IMG/VR virus record: IMGVR_UViG_3300049847_000494
Location: 68,977 to 132,976 of that record
Strand: one strand, 5' to 3'
DNA: 64,000 bases
Origin: a virus
How positions within the stretch are numbered: position 1 is the stretch's first letter; every line of letters starts with the position of its first letter. A model generated the notes under the pieces. It did no database searches. It saw nothing but the letters and a program-made list of their open reading frames with translations, and was not told the origin of the DNA. Below, in pieces: positions 55,297-64,000 of the stretch. Both the position numbers and the translations under genes were made by a program.

Positions 55297-55328
55297 ATAA
55301 ATGAGTAGCTAAAGAAAGGTCAGGTTGC

Positions 55329-58300
55329 TTGTCAGAACCTAATAAAAAGTTAAGACTTGCTTACCTGAGCGATGTACTTTACGTACCAGCTGAACATGTA
55401 ACAAGAGAGCATATAGATGCTTTTACTTACAAGTTCGAAAAGCCTGTATATGAAAGACCAGACAATGTAGTACGTAAGTGTTTAAATTGTAAATATTGGC
55501 GAGTACCTTGGAAGGATTATAATGGCACCGATGTTCTCTGCCATTTAAAAGGCTACACAGAATCAGACTACTGCAAAAAGTTTGATCCTAAGCCAATTAA
55601 GCGGATAGAAGAGATTGAAATAGTAACTTATGCAAAACCTAATCAGGACTATTATACTTTTGGTAGGGGTGACCTAGGGAAAATAGAGAACGTATTTAAT
55701 AACTTTCAAATAGTAGATCAGAGGTCGTCAAAACCATTAGATATTGACCTACAACTTAAAGCTGGTAGGACACTATACCCAGAGCAAGTTAAAATAATCC
55801 AAGACTGGTTAGAGCATGGTTATGGGATTATTAAGGCGCCGACCGGCATGGGCAAGTGCCTAATATCATTGACTTATTTGAATACCAATAAAGGATTACT
55901 CCAAATCGGGAAGCTTGTTGATTCTTTATTGGGGAATGATTACAGGACTTATGATGGATACCAATTTAAGTCAATTTCTGATTTAGGTTTGAAGGCTACA
56001 GCTTCTGGTTACTCTGGTGATATTGTTGCTGCTTGCCGTAAGCGTTCTACTACACTTAAAATAACCACCCAGTGGGGTTACAATATTGAGGTAACACCAG
56101 AGCATCCATTATTAGCTATGAGGGATGGTAAGCCTCTTTGGATAGAGGCTTCTAAGCTTACCACAGAGGATACTATAGCTATTCGAGGTTTAGAGTTTAG
56201 GTTAGATCAGGAGCCTTTTGAAGGTGACCTAGCCTCTTTCCGGGATAAAGGGTTAACTGTACCTGATAGTTTGACTCCACAGCTATCGAGGCTGCTAGGG
56301 GCTTTAATAGCAGATGGTGGTATCAGTAACTCAAGTCTAAACTATACAAAAACTGATAAAGTTAACGTCCAGGATGTAAGAGAAGCTTTGAATAACTTAG
56401 GGCTTATATTACAGTTATCTCTAAATAGGACTGTAAGTTACGTTATCAAATCCGCTGGAGCCCTTCATTTAATCAAGCATTTTAGGGATTTTCTAGAATT
56501 TATAGGTGTTACTCTAGCTACCTCTCGCTATAAAAAGGTACCAGCAGTTATCTTTACTGCAAGTAAAGATAATATAAGAAACTTCCTTCAGGGTTATTTT
56601 TCAGGAGATGGTTTAGTTGATCCAAGGAAAGGGACGGTGGAATGTTGTAGTGCTAGTTTAACTCTTATACAAGAGCTACAGATGCTGCTGTTGGGCTTTG
56701 GTATACCTTCTATATGTCATCTTAAACCAGTTAAGCTTAAAGGTTGGGAAGAATCAAGAGACTATTGGGTCTTAGTTATATCTAGAGTATTTACTAAAAT
56801 ATTCAGGGACAATATTGGATTCCTACCAGGATCTGATAGAGATATCTTATTAATTAAGACTATTGAAGCATTTGAAGGTAAAAACCCTAATGGTAATGAG
56901 TTTTGTTTACCTGTAGCTAAGCTTATTAGAGAAGCTTATAATGAGTTTATAAAAGAAAAACTACCTAAAACGTACAAACGAAGTTTAAACTTTAAATACA
57001 TATGGGAAAAGGACTCAAGGGTAGACCCTGCTACTATTTTGAAATTTCTTAATACCTACCCAGATGGATCACACTTACAGTCATGGAAAAATCTCAAAGA
57101 GATTTATGATAACACAGTAAACAACTGTGTTTGGTTCCCAGCTATTAAGTCTATTGAACCTGGTGAAGAGCAGTGGGTTTATGATTTAACTGTAACTAAA
57201 GATCATTGGTATGTAGCTAATGGTATAGTAAGTCATAATACTGTAATGTGGACTTACTTGGTAAGTCACTTGAAGATGAAAACTATTCTACTGGCTCAGG
57301 AGGTTAGGCACCTTCAAGTAGGATTTGAGGGCTTGTATGAGCATACTAATATAGCTGACTTAGAGAAGGAAGCAGGTACTAACCTATGTGGTAGATTAGG
57401 TTATGACCACTACTTCGATAGTTCAGGCAAAGCTATATTTAAAAAAAGCAAGGATCCTGGTAAAACCTACCCTGTAACTTTTTCCACCTTCCAAGCGCTA
57501 AACTCAACTAAAGGTAAGGAGTTACTCAGTACAACACTTAAAGACGAATTTGGTTTGATGTGGTTAGAGGAGTGCTTAATAGGTTCAACCCTAATACCAA
57601 CTACAAAAGGTATTATAAGGCTTGATAGTTTGGGCACAAACGAAAGTCGAGATTTGTATATAGACGTGGGTTCTCGCTTTGGTGTAGCATCCACCCAAAG
57701 ATGGATCTATAATGGTACTAAACCTACACTAAAAGTAGAAACTACTAGAGGTCATACGTATATAGGTACGCCTGATCATAAAATGCTTGTACTAAAGCCT
57801 GATAATTTTGAGCTTATTTGGGTCGCAACTAAAGATATAAAAAAAGATGACCTGTTATGCATCAGCCCTAAAAAGGTGGTTCGTAAAGAAAAACTACCTT
57901 TACCAATTAAAGAGGGCACGAAACACCCTATAGAAATGACAGAAGAGTTGGCTTTTATTATAGGTACAATGCTTTCAATAGGTACGGTACGTAAAGCTAG
58001 TATCACTATAACAACTAAGCACAATGACCTAGTGACTAAGCTAGAGCGCTATTTTATGTTGTGTTTTGGGTTATCGACAAACACACGTATTAAATATCCA
58101 GAAGGTCCTAAAAATAACAAACATTACTTAAGAAATAAAGACTATTGGTTACTAAGTATAAGTAATAAAAAAGTAATTAACTGGTTACGTCTTATTGGTG
58201 TAAGCAATATACCACATAAAAATAAAGTAATACCTTGGTCAATATTACAAGCGAATGAGGGATCTCAGCTTGCCTTTCTAGCCGGGTGTATAAAAAGTAA

Positions 58301-59690
58301 AACTAAATTAACTAAGATCGTTAGTATTAGAAATCCCAGTAGAGAGTTTCTTCACCAAATAGTAGTTTTATTACAAAGTCATGGTTATCATAGTGCGTGG
58401 ATACCGTTACATGGTAGGTCAGTCAGGCTATCTCAAGGTGATAGTTTTAAAATATCAGAAGCTTGTGTATCACATTTCTTGTATAAGAACAAAATTAAAG
58501 TTGTAGATTGTGTTGATTTAAATCACAATATACCTACACATTCTTTTCAGAAACTAATTAACGATCGAAGGATTACAAGCAATAAATTTCAAACTTATAA
58601 AGGAAGTTTAATTAAAATTAAAAATAGTAAAAGATTGATGAAAAAAGTAGATAAGCTAATAAATATACCTTATTATCTTATTAATTCAAGCAAGTATAAA
58701 GAAGTTTTGGATTTAGTCAAAGTTCTAGATCCAGACCTGTATTATCGTTTCGAGACGTTAGAAGACCTGAAGTATCGCTTTGTAAAAGTTAAATCTGTTG
58801 TAGTTTCAGATAATCAAACAGTTTATGATTTAACTATGAAAGACCCAAATAACAGGTCTTTCATAGCTAATGGTCTTATTAGTTCTAATTGTCATCACGA
58901 AGCCGCTGAAACCTTCCACAATGTAACCAAGTCATTTACTTCTTATTATAAAGGTGGTCAAACAGCTACACCTACAAGGAAAGATAATACACATGTAGCT
59001 ATGTATGATACAATAGGACCCGTAACAGCTATAGGTACCAAAGAGCAACTAATCTGCCAGTATATGTTCATAAATACGGGTGTATTTGTATCTGACCGAG
59101 TATTCTATGGTCAATATCCTTTACCTAAACTATTCAATTTCATAGCTACAAACACCCATATACAAGAATGTATTCTACAATGGATATTGTATGATATCCA
59201 GCAAGGTAGAAAGCCACTATACATTACTGAACGAAAAGCCGATGCTTTTTCTTTACGTGATAAAATTCACATGTCGGGTTATAACGTAGAACTTATTATG
59301 GGTGGTTCAGAGTCTAAGAAGCAAAGTGAATATTCTAATAGACTTATTGATGGTAGTCTTCATGCTATTATAGGTACAAAAGTTATAAAGGAAAACTATA
59401 ATATACCTCCGTTAGATACACTGCACCTAGCTTATCCTAACTTTGGTGTAGAATCTGAAGAACAGATGACAGGTCGTATAAGGAGGTACCTCCGAGATGA
59501 TGAAGGTAACCTTCTACATAAGAATCAGCCTATGATTCGAGTATATATGGTTGAATCTAATAATAGCATGATAAAGAAATCTAAAGAATTCAGGAGATCT
59601 TTCTACAAAAAGATGAGCTTCGAAGAAGTCGCCCTCAACTCAAATACAACAGAAACTGAAATAAGTACAATAAAGAAACTAAAGCTTTAA
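55329..59690 (+). CDS. Superfamily 2 (UvsW-like) helicase with two inteins
   Basis: APTGMGK|T, WLEE|CHH, TATPTRKD, QMTGRIRR. Confidence 0.88.
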   Translation: MSEPNKKLRLAYLSDVLYVPAEHVTREHIDAFTYKFEKPVYERPDNVVRKCLNCKYWRVPWKDYNGTDVLCHLKGYTESDYCKKFDPKPIKRIEEIEIVTYAKPNQDYYTFGRGDLGKIENVFNNFQIVDQRSSKPLDIDLQLKAGRTLYPEQVKIIQDWLEHGYGIIKAPTGMGKCLISLTYLNTNKGLLQIGKLVDSLLGNDYRTYDGYQFKSISDLGLKATASGYSGDIVAACRKRSTTLKITTQWGYNIEVTPEHPLLAMRDGKPLWIEASKLTTEDTIAIRGLEFRLDQEPFEGDLASFRDKGLTVPDSLTPQLSRLLGALIADGGISNSSLNYTKTDKVNVQDVREALNNLGLILQLSLNRTVSYVIKSAGALHLIKHFRDFLEFIGVTLATSRYKKVPAVIFTASKDNIRNFLQGYFSGDGLVDPRKGTVECCSASLTLIQELQMLLLGFGIPSICHLKPVKLKGWEESRDYWVLVISRVFTKIFRDNIGFLPGSDRDILLIKTIEAFEGKNPNGNEFCLPVAKLIREAYNEFIKEKLPKTYKRSLNFKYIWEKDSRVDPATILKFLNTYPDGSHLQSWKNLKEIYDNTVNNCVWFPAIKSIEPGEEQWVYDLTVTKDHWYVANGIVSHNTVMWTYLVSHLKMKTILLAQEVRHLQVGFEGLYEHTNIADLEKEAGTNLCGRLGYDHYFDSSGKAIFKKSKDPGKTYPVTFSTFQALNSTKGKELLSTTLKDEFGLMWLEECLIGSTLIPTTKGIIRLDSLGTNESRDLYIDVGSRFGVASTQRWIYNGTKPTLKVETTRGHTYIGTPDHKMLVLKPDNFELIWVATKDIKKDDLLCISPKKVVRKEKLPLPIKEGTKHPIEMTEELAFIIGTMLSIGTVRKASITITTKHNDLVTKLERYFMLCFGLSTNTRIKYPEGPKNNKHYLRNKDYWLLSISNKKVINWLRLIGVSNIPHKNKVIPWSILQANEGSQLAFLAGCIKSKTKLTKIVSIRNPSREFLHQIVVLLQSHGYHSAWIPLHGRSVRLSQGDSFKISEACVSHFLYKNKIKVVDCVDLNHNIPTHSFQKLINDRRITSNKFQTYKGSLIKIKNSKRLMKKVDKLINIPYYLINSSKYKEVLDLVKVLDPDLYYRFETLEDLKYRFVKVKSVVVSDNQTVYDLTMKDPNNRSFIANGLISSNCHHEAAETFHNVTKSFTSYYKGGQTATPTRKDNTHVAMYDTIGPVTAIGTKEQLICQYMFINTGVFVSDRVFYGQYPLPKLFNFIATNTHIQECILQWILYDIQQGRKPLYITERKADAFSLRDKIHMSGYNVELIMGGSESKKQSEYSNRLIDGSLHAIIGTKVIKENYNIPPLDTLHLAYPNFGVESEEQMTGRIRRYLRDDEGNLLHKNQPMIRVYMVESNNSMIKKSKEFRRSFYKKMSFEEVALNSNTTETEISTIKKLKL
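55857..57239 (+). mobile_element. Intein 1 (461 aa, LAGLIDADG) in Walker A
   Basis: CLISLT; VTPEH; LLGALIADG and FLQGYFSGDG; NGIVSHN|T. Confidence 0.92.
57573..58889 (+). mobile_element. Intein 2 (439 aa, degenerate LAGLIDADG) in Walker B
   Basis: CLIGST; GTPDH; IIGTMLSIG and FLAGCIKS lack the catalytic acids; NGLISSN|C. Confidence 0.9.
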
Positions 59691-59691
59691 C

Positions 59692-60270
59692 ATGCGTAGA
59701 AAAAAATCATTTGACCATAATAGAATCCGAACTAAAGTAGACCAGCTATATTATGCAGCTGGTATACCTAGTCGGGCGTGGTCAAACCCTAAGTTTAAAA
59801 TCGAGTTCAAACCTATCATGGGAGGTGAAGGTGATGGTGAAATAAAGGTAGGTATAAAAGTACAAGAAGAATGGTATGAAGATCTAATAAATGCTAAATT
59901 GTTCAATGAACCTTACCTGGTTTATCTAAGCAGCCCTGATGCTGATGGGCTTTCTGATAGGCTTGGGTTTGAGATTATGAAAGCAGCTGTTACAGCTAAT
60001 TTGCAGGTTCAAATAACTAACGCTGGTCAGATTGATTCTGAGATAGTGGATGACGAAAATGTATTCATGTTACATAATGTTTTTGCCGAAGCTAATAAAT
60101 ACAGGCTGCAGCAAATAAGAGACTGGATAACAGCTCATGATGACTGCTTTCGTCTTGTAGTTATATCTGGACCTTGCCCTTATGATTTCAGTAAAATGAT
60201 TTATCTAAAACCAGATGCTATGTTTAAGATTGATAGACAAGTAGTTAAACATAAGATAGGTCGATCTTGA
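59692..60270 (+). CDS. Possible degenerate helicase loader (DnaC/IstB-like)
   Basis: AGIPSR N-terminus and an alpha/beta body with no Walker A; overlaps dnaB. Confidence 0.3.
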   Translation: MRRKKSFDHNRIRTKVDQLYYAAGIPSRAWSNPKFKIEFKPIMGGEGDGEIKVGIKVQEEWYEDLINAKLFNEPYLVYLSSPDADGLSDRLGFEIMKAAVTANLQVQITNAGQIDSEIVDDENVFMLHNVFAEANKYRLQQIRDWITAHDDCFRLVVISGPCPYDFSKMIYLKPDAMFKIDRQVVKHKIGRS

Positions 60271-61589
60271 GAATATTTAATGCCGAATCTGAGATAAAGG
60301 CTATTATATCCATACTTGTATGTGACCGGGATATACAAGGCACCTTTATAAGTAAACTATCAAAAGACCATTTTGCTTTTGACCAGATGCACTTATGTTT
60401 TGAACTAATATCTAAAGCCGTTGCTACAGATAATGTACCTTCTCTAGATATTTTCCTACAAAATCCACAACTTACACAGGAATCAAAGGATATATTACAA
60501 AACCCATCTACGGGACCTATCGGTACTATAGATGATGCAGAAGAGCTTATCAAAGTTCTTGAATACTGGCGTAAGATACGCGGCTGTTATCAGTTGGCTC
60601 TAACCCTTTCAGGTAAGTTGAAGAGTGAGACACCGCCTGATATGACGGATCTGATTGGTGAGATAGAGAAATCACTAAGTAACTTACGAACATCAGAAGA
60701 TTCCAAGAAAACTTGGCATATAGGGATGGGTCACAACTCAGAGGAGCTTATTGAAAATATGCTCAATGAGGAAAAACCAAAGCTAATAGCCAGTACATTC
60801 AATAACTTTGATAGTAAAGTTGGTGGTTTTGGTTCACAGGATCTTGTTATCCTAGCTAGCCATGCTAAAGGCGGTAAAAGTATCGTAGCTCTTAATATGC
60901 TTATCAATATGTATCTACATCAAAATTTGAATGTTATTATGTTTTCACTAGAAATGAGAGCATGGGAAGTACAAGAACGTATTATGTCTTGCCTTACAGG
61001 TATAGAACATTCTAGCTTTAGACAGAAGCAGTTACACCCACATGAAAAAACAAAGGCAAGATTAAAGTGGGATGAATTCCGTAATCATGGAGAAAAAGCA
61101 AACTGCAGGTTTACATTAAAGGACACTACTAGTCTAAGTGTACCTGAATTCAAGTTGGAAGTAAAGAACAGAGGCTATCAAGTAGCTTGTATTGATTACA
61201 TAAATCTAATGAGTCTACCTGGTCAGAAAGCAAATACCCAAGATTGGGAGCGGATATCAATTCTTGGTAAAGAGTTGAAGCAAGCAACAAAAGAGTGTGA
61301 TATGCTTATCATGGCACCGACTCAAATGAATGATGATGGTGGTTTGCGTTATTCTAAAGCTCTATTAGAGCATGCTAATACCGTTTGGAGATGGCATTCT
61401 AATGATGAGCAAACACGTATATCCCATCAAATTAAGGTCATACAACAAGTAGTACGGGGATGGGCACCTTTTCCCTTTATGATGCGGGAAGATTTTGAAA
61501 GATGTCAGGTATTTGATGGATCTCTTGTAGTCCCTGAAGCTGATCCAGCACAAAGCAAACAAAAACGTAAAAGCATGTATGAAGACTAA
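60267..61589 (+). CDS. dnaB: DnaB-like replicative helicase
   Basis: LVILASHAKGGKS, FSLEM, IDYI, LK..K, TQMN, SKALLEHA. Confidence 0.88.
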   Translation: MRIFNAESEIKAIISILVCDRDIQGTFISKLSKDHFAFDQMHLCFELISKAVATDNVPSLDIFLQNPQLTQESKDILQNPSTGPIGTIDDAEELIKVLEYWRKIRGCYQLALTLSGKLKSETPPDMTDLIGEIEKSLSNLRTSEDSKKTWHIGMGHNSEELIENMLNEEKPKLIASTFNNFDSKVGGFGSQDLVILASHAKGGKSIVALNMLINMYLHQNLNVIMFSLEMRAWEVQERIMSCLTGIEHSSFRQKQLHPHEKTKARLKWDEFRNHGEKANCRFTLKDTTSLSVPEFKLEVKNRGYQVACIDYINLMSLPGQKANTQDWERISILGKELKQATKECDMLIMAPTQMNDDGGLRYSKALLEHANTVWRWHSNDEQTRISHQIKVIQQVVRGWAPFPFMMREDFERCQVFDGSLVVPEADPAQSKQKRKSMYED

Positions 61590-61609
61590 AAATGTAAAGA
61601 AGATAAATC

Positions 61610-62680
61610 ATGAAATTTAGTATTAAAACTGATAGTTTAAAGAAATCTTTAAGTGCTGTACAATCTCTCATTACTGAGAATCAGATTTTACTTACAGCCA
61701 ATGATGATACAGGCTATATTATTATTGAAGCAGGCAATAATGGTATTTACCTGAAACAGAGAATAAAAGCAGAGGTAGAATCTGGTGGATTTACTGTACT
61801 AAATAGTACATATTTAAGTAGTTTAAAGTTAGGTGAACGTGTAGATCTACAAAAAAATGGTAATGCTTTAGCTTTCAAATCTGGTAAGCTCAGTGGTAGG
61901 ATAGAAACACATCAAAGTCATCAGAAAATAGCAGATCAAAGACCACAAGAAGATATTGAAGCTCAGACATTAGTATTACGTGAAATTATTACTAAAGGTG
62001 TGAAAAAAAGCAATTTTAGTGCTATTATAGCTTCAGCACAAGAAGGTTTAAGAGTAAAATTAGATACAGATCTTACAATCAGTAATACTGATTCTTATCG
62101 ACTTAGTTTATTTAAGTCTAAACTACCAGCACCATCTAAACCTATTGACTTTCTTATTAAACCTGATATCCTTGCTAGCGTTCTATCTAAGATGGATGAA
62201 CCTGAGGTTTGGTTAGGACTAAAAAAGGGTATCATTAGGATTGCATCACCATCTTTTGAGTTTTATCACCCAGTTTTACAAATAGAACCAACCGATGTCG
62301 AGGGTTGGGTAAACGATTTAGATCCTAAGGATAAAATCTGTGAAATACAAACTAAAACACAAGACTTATTAGGTCTAATTACTGGTGTTGGAAGTATTGC
62401 CAAAGGGGGCTCTGGTGAGGAAGTTGACCTTAAATGCTCTCTGGTTAATAACATATTTAGTGTAGAAGTAGGTGCCATACATGGATCAGCTAAAGGTGAT
62501 ATAGTAGTTGAACAATCCTCTGCCGATAAACACCATTTTACATTAAGTTATAAACATACAACCGAAATGTTATCACTTATTAATGATGGTGATATAAAGA
62601 TAGCTTTTTATGATCCTTATATAATACTCACCTCTTGGGATGGTACATGCTTGAATCTAATACCAACAAAAACAATTTAA
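61610..62680 (+). CDS. dnaN: DNA polymerase III beta-like sliding clamp
   Basis: MKFSI, TDSYRL, C-terminal LIP; 356 aa, consistent with three domains. Confidence 0.75.
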   Translation: MKFSIKTDSLKKSLSAVQSLITENQILLTANDDTGYIIIEAGNNGIYLKQRIKAEVESGGFTVLNSTYLSSLKLGERVDLQKNGNALAFKSGKLSGRIETHQSHQKIADQRPQEDIEAQTLVLREIITKGVKKSNFSAIIASAQEGLRVKLDTDLTISNTDSYRLSLFKSKLPAPSKPIDFLIKPDILASVLSKMDEPEVWLGLKKGIIRIASPSFEFYHPVLQIEPTDVEGWVNDLDPKDKICEIQTKTQDLLGLITGVGSIAKGGSGEEVDLKCSLVNNIFSVEVGAIHGSAKGDIVVEQSSADKHHFTLSYKHTTEMLSLINDGDIKIAFYDPYIILTSWDGTCLNLIPTKTI

Positions 62681-63042
62681 ATATACGCGAATGGCAAAGG
62701 CTCCCTAATTGGATCATATCAAAATTTGATGATACTAGGTATGCTGTACGCGTAGGTGTATCTTCATCAAAACCTAAAGAAATACGGCTGTATGAAGATG
62801 ATCATATCAGTCTCTGTAAATATTTAATTGACGAAAAAAAAGTTTTAGGTTACACTGTATTTATGAAAGTAGAGTTTTATAGCAACCAAGCAAATTGGTA
62901 TCTAAGCTTAATAAACAAGAATGTAGCTAATCATATAACACCAGTATGTATATATAAAGATGCACAGGTTCATGTACATACTTTCAATAATATGAATAAT
63001 AAAAGTTACTTATTTGCCCTTCGATCAAAGAAACCAAGATAA
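62635..63042 (+). CDS. Hypothetical protein (start uncertain)
   Basis: The ORF fills the gap. Confidence 0.4.
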   Translation: MGWYMLESNTNKNNLNIREWQRLPNWIISKFDDTRYAVRVGVSSSKPKEIRLYEDDHISLCKYLIDEKKVLGYTVFMKVEFYSNQANWYLSLINKNVANHITPVCIYKDAQVHVHTFNNMNNKSYLFALRSKKPR

Positions 63043-63049
63043 TATTAGT

Positions 63050-63340
63050 ATGTACACATTAGAAGATGGTTCACAAGTAAATAAGATACCATATAATTAT
63101 ACAGGTAGTTGTACTAATGAAGATGGTATTAAAGCCTGGTACCAAGATGGTAAGTTACACCGGTTAGATGGTCCTGCTTGTGAATGGTCTGATGAGGTTA
63201 ATGATAGTAAAGCCTGGTACCAGTATGGTAAGTTACATAGATTAGAGGGTCCTGCCTGGGAAATGGCTGATGGTAGTAAAGAATGGTGGATTAATGGTAA
63301 GAAGGTCACCAAAACAACCAGGATAGTATGTATACGTTAG
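63050..63340 (+). CDS. MORN-like (WY..GKLHR.DGPA) repeat protein, copy 1
   Basis: The ATG at 63050 aligns with the starts of copies 2 and 3. Confidence 0.75.
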   Translation: MYTLEDGSQVNKIPYNYTGSCTNEDGIKAWYQDGKLHRLDGPACEWSDEVNDSKAWYQYGKLHRLEGPAWEMADGSKEWWINGKKVTKTTRIVCIR

Positions 63341-63678
63341 AAGATGGTTCACAAGTAAATAATCTACCATATAATTATACAGGTAGTTGGAAAGTCGCTA
63401 GTGGGAATAAATTCTGGTACCATCATGGTAAACGACATCGTATAGATGGTCCTGCTATTGAATGGGTTAATGGTATTAAAGAATGGTACCAGGATGGTAA
63501 GTTACACCGGTTAGATGGTCCTGCTTATGAAGGAGATAGTGATAGTAATGGGTGGTACCAATATGGTAAGTTACATAGATTAGATGGTCCTGCTAGGGAA
63601 TGGGATGACGGTACAAAAGAATGGTGGATTAATAGTAATCAGATTACCAAACAAACCAGGATAGTATGTATACGTTAG
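63328..63678 (+). CDS. MORN-like repeat protein, copy 2
   Basis: Three repeats; 13-bp overlaps with both neighbours. Confidence 0.75.
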   Translation: MYTLEDGSQVNNLPYNYTGSWKVASGNKFWYHHGKRHRIDGPAIEWVNGIKEWYQDGKLHRLDGPAYEGDSDSNGWYQYGKLHRLDGPAREWDDGTKEWWINSNQITKQTRIVCIR

Positions 63679-64000
63679 AAGATTGTTCACAAGTAATTAA
63701 TCTACCATATAATTATACAGGTAGTTGGAAAGTCGCTAGTGGTAATAAATTCTGGTACCAGTGTGGTAAGCTACACCGGTTAGATGGTCCTGCTATTGAA
63801 TGGGTTAATGGTATTAAAGCCTGGTACCAAGATGGTAAGTTACACCGGTTAGATGGTCCTGCTATGGAATGGGCTGATGAGGTTAATGATAGTAAAGCCT
63901 GGTACCAGTATGGTAAGTTACATAGATTAGAGGGTCCTGCCTGGGAAATGGCTGATGGTAGTAAAGAATGGTGGATTAATGGTAAGAAGGTCACCAAAAC
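63666..64000 (+). CDS. MORN-like repeat protein, copy 3 (runs off the window)
   Basis: Open from ATG 63666 to the window end; mosaic of copies 2 and 1. Confidence 0.75.
   Translation, partial: MYTLEDCSQVINLPYNYTGSWKVASGNKFWYQCGKLHRLDGPAIEWVNGIKAWYQDGKLHRLDGPAMEWADEVNDSKAWYQYGKLHRLEGPAWEMADGSKEWWINGKKVTK

Noticed and set aside
1-64000. Alternative genetic code (TAG or TGA recoding), as in some large phages
   Set aside because: Coding density is high under the standard code, conserved genes are uninterrupted, and TAA, TAG and TGA all end genes.
63050-64000. Diversity-generating retroelement or CRISPR array
   Set aside because: The repeats are all coding, the differences are not confined to adenines of one template, and no reverse transcriptase lies in the window (one outside it cannot be excluded).

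Overview
The window is a segment of an AT-rich, gene-dense dsDNA bacteriophage genome in the standard genetic code. It is probably a jumbo phage, inferred from the host-like replisome, its own sigma factor and four inteins. Bases 1-28.5 kb are on the minus strand and carry an HK97-fold major capsid protein, a 2H phosphoesterase, a class II ribonucleotide reductase with an HNH intein ending in Gln, a Cas4-like nuclease, a primase and a block of virion fibre/neck genes. Bases 28.5-64 kb are mostly on the plus strand and carry RuvC, a terminase large subunit with an intein, a metallophosphoesterase, a TIGR02757 protein, a sigma factor, an SSB, a catalytically eroded topoisomerase IA, RecA, SbcCD, a KhpA-like protein, a tnpB-only IS200/IS605 element, an SF2 helicase with two inteins, DnaB, a beta clamp and a tandem array of MORN-like repeat genes. 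The most notable signals are: (i) a tnpB element and two 47-58 bp mini-derivatives that all sit at stop codons and leave the upstream gene intact, with a Fanzor-type rearranged RuvC in the TnpB; (ii) a full-length but apparently dead TopA among other degenerate host-like proteins; (iii) a mosaic repeat-gene array with a hypervariable residue; (iv) a 250-nt intergenic tract of three consecutive multibranch folds; (v) a recurrent (AAACA)TGTAAA upstream motif alongside a sigma factor with a shortened region 4. All calls come from reading motifs by eye; no database search was run.
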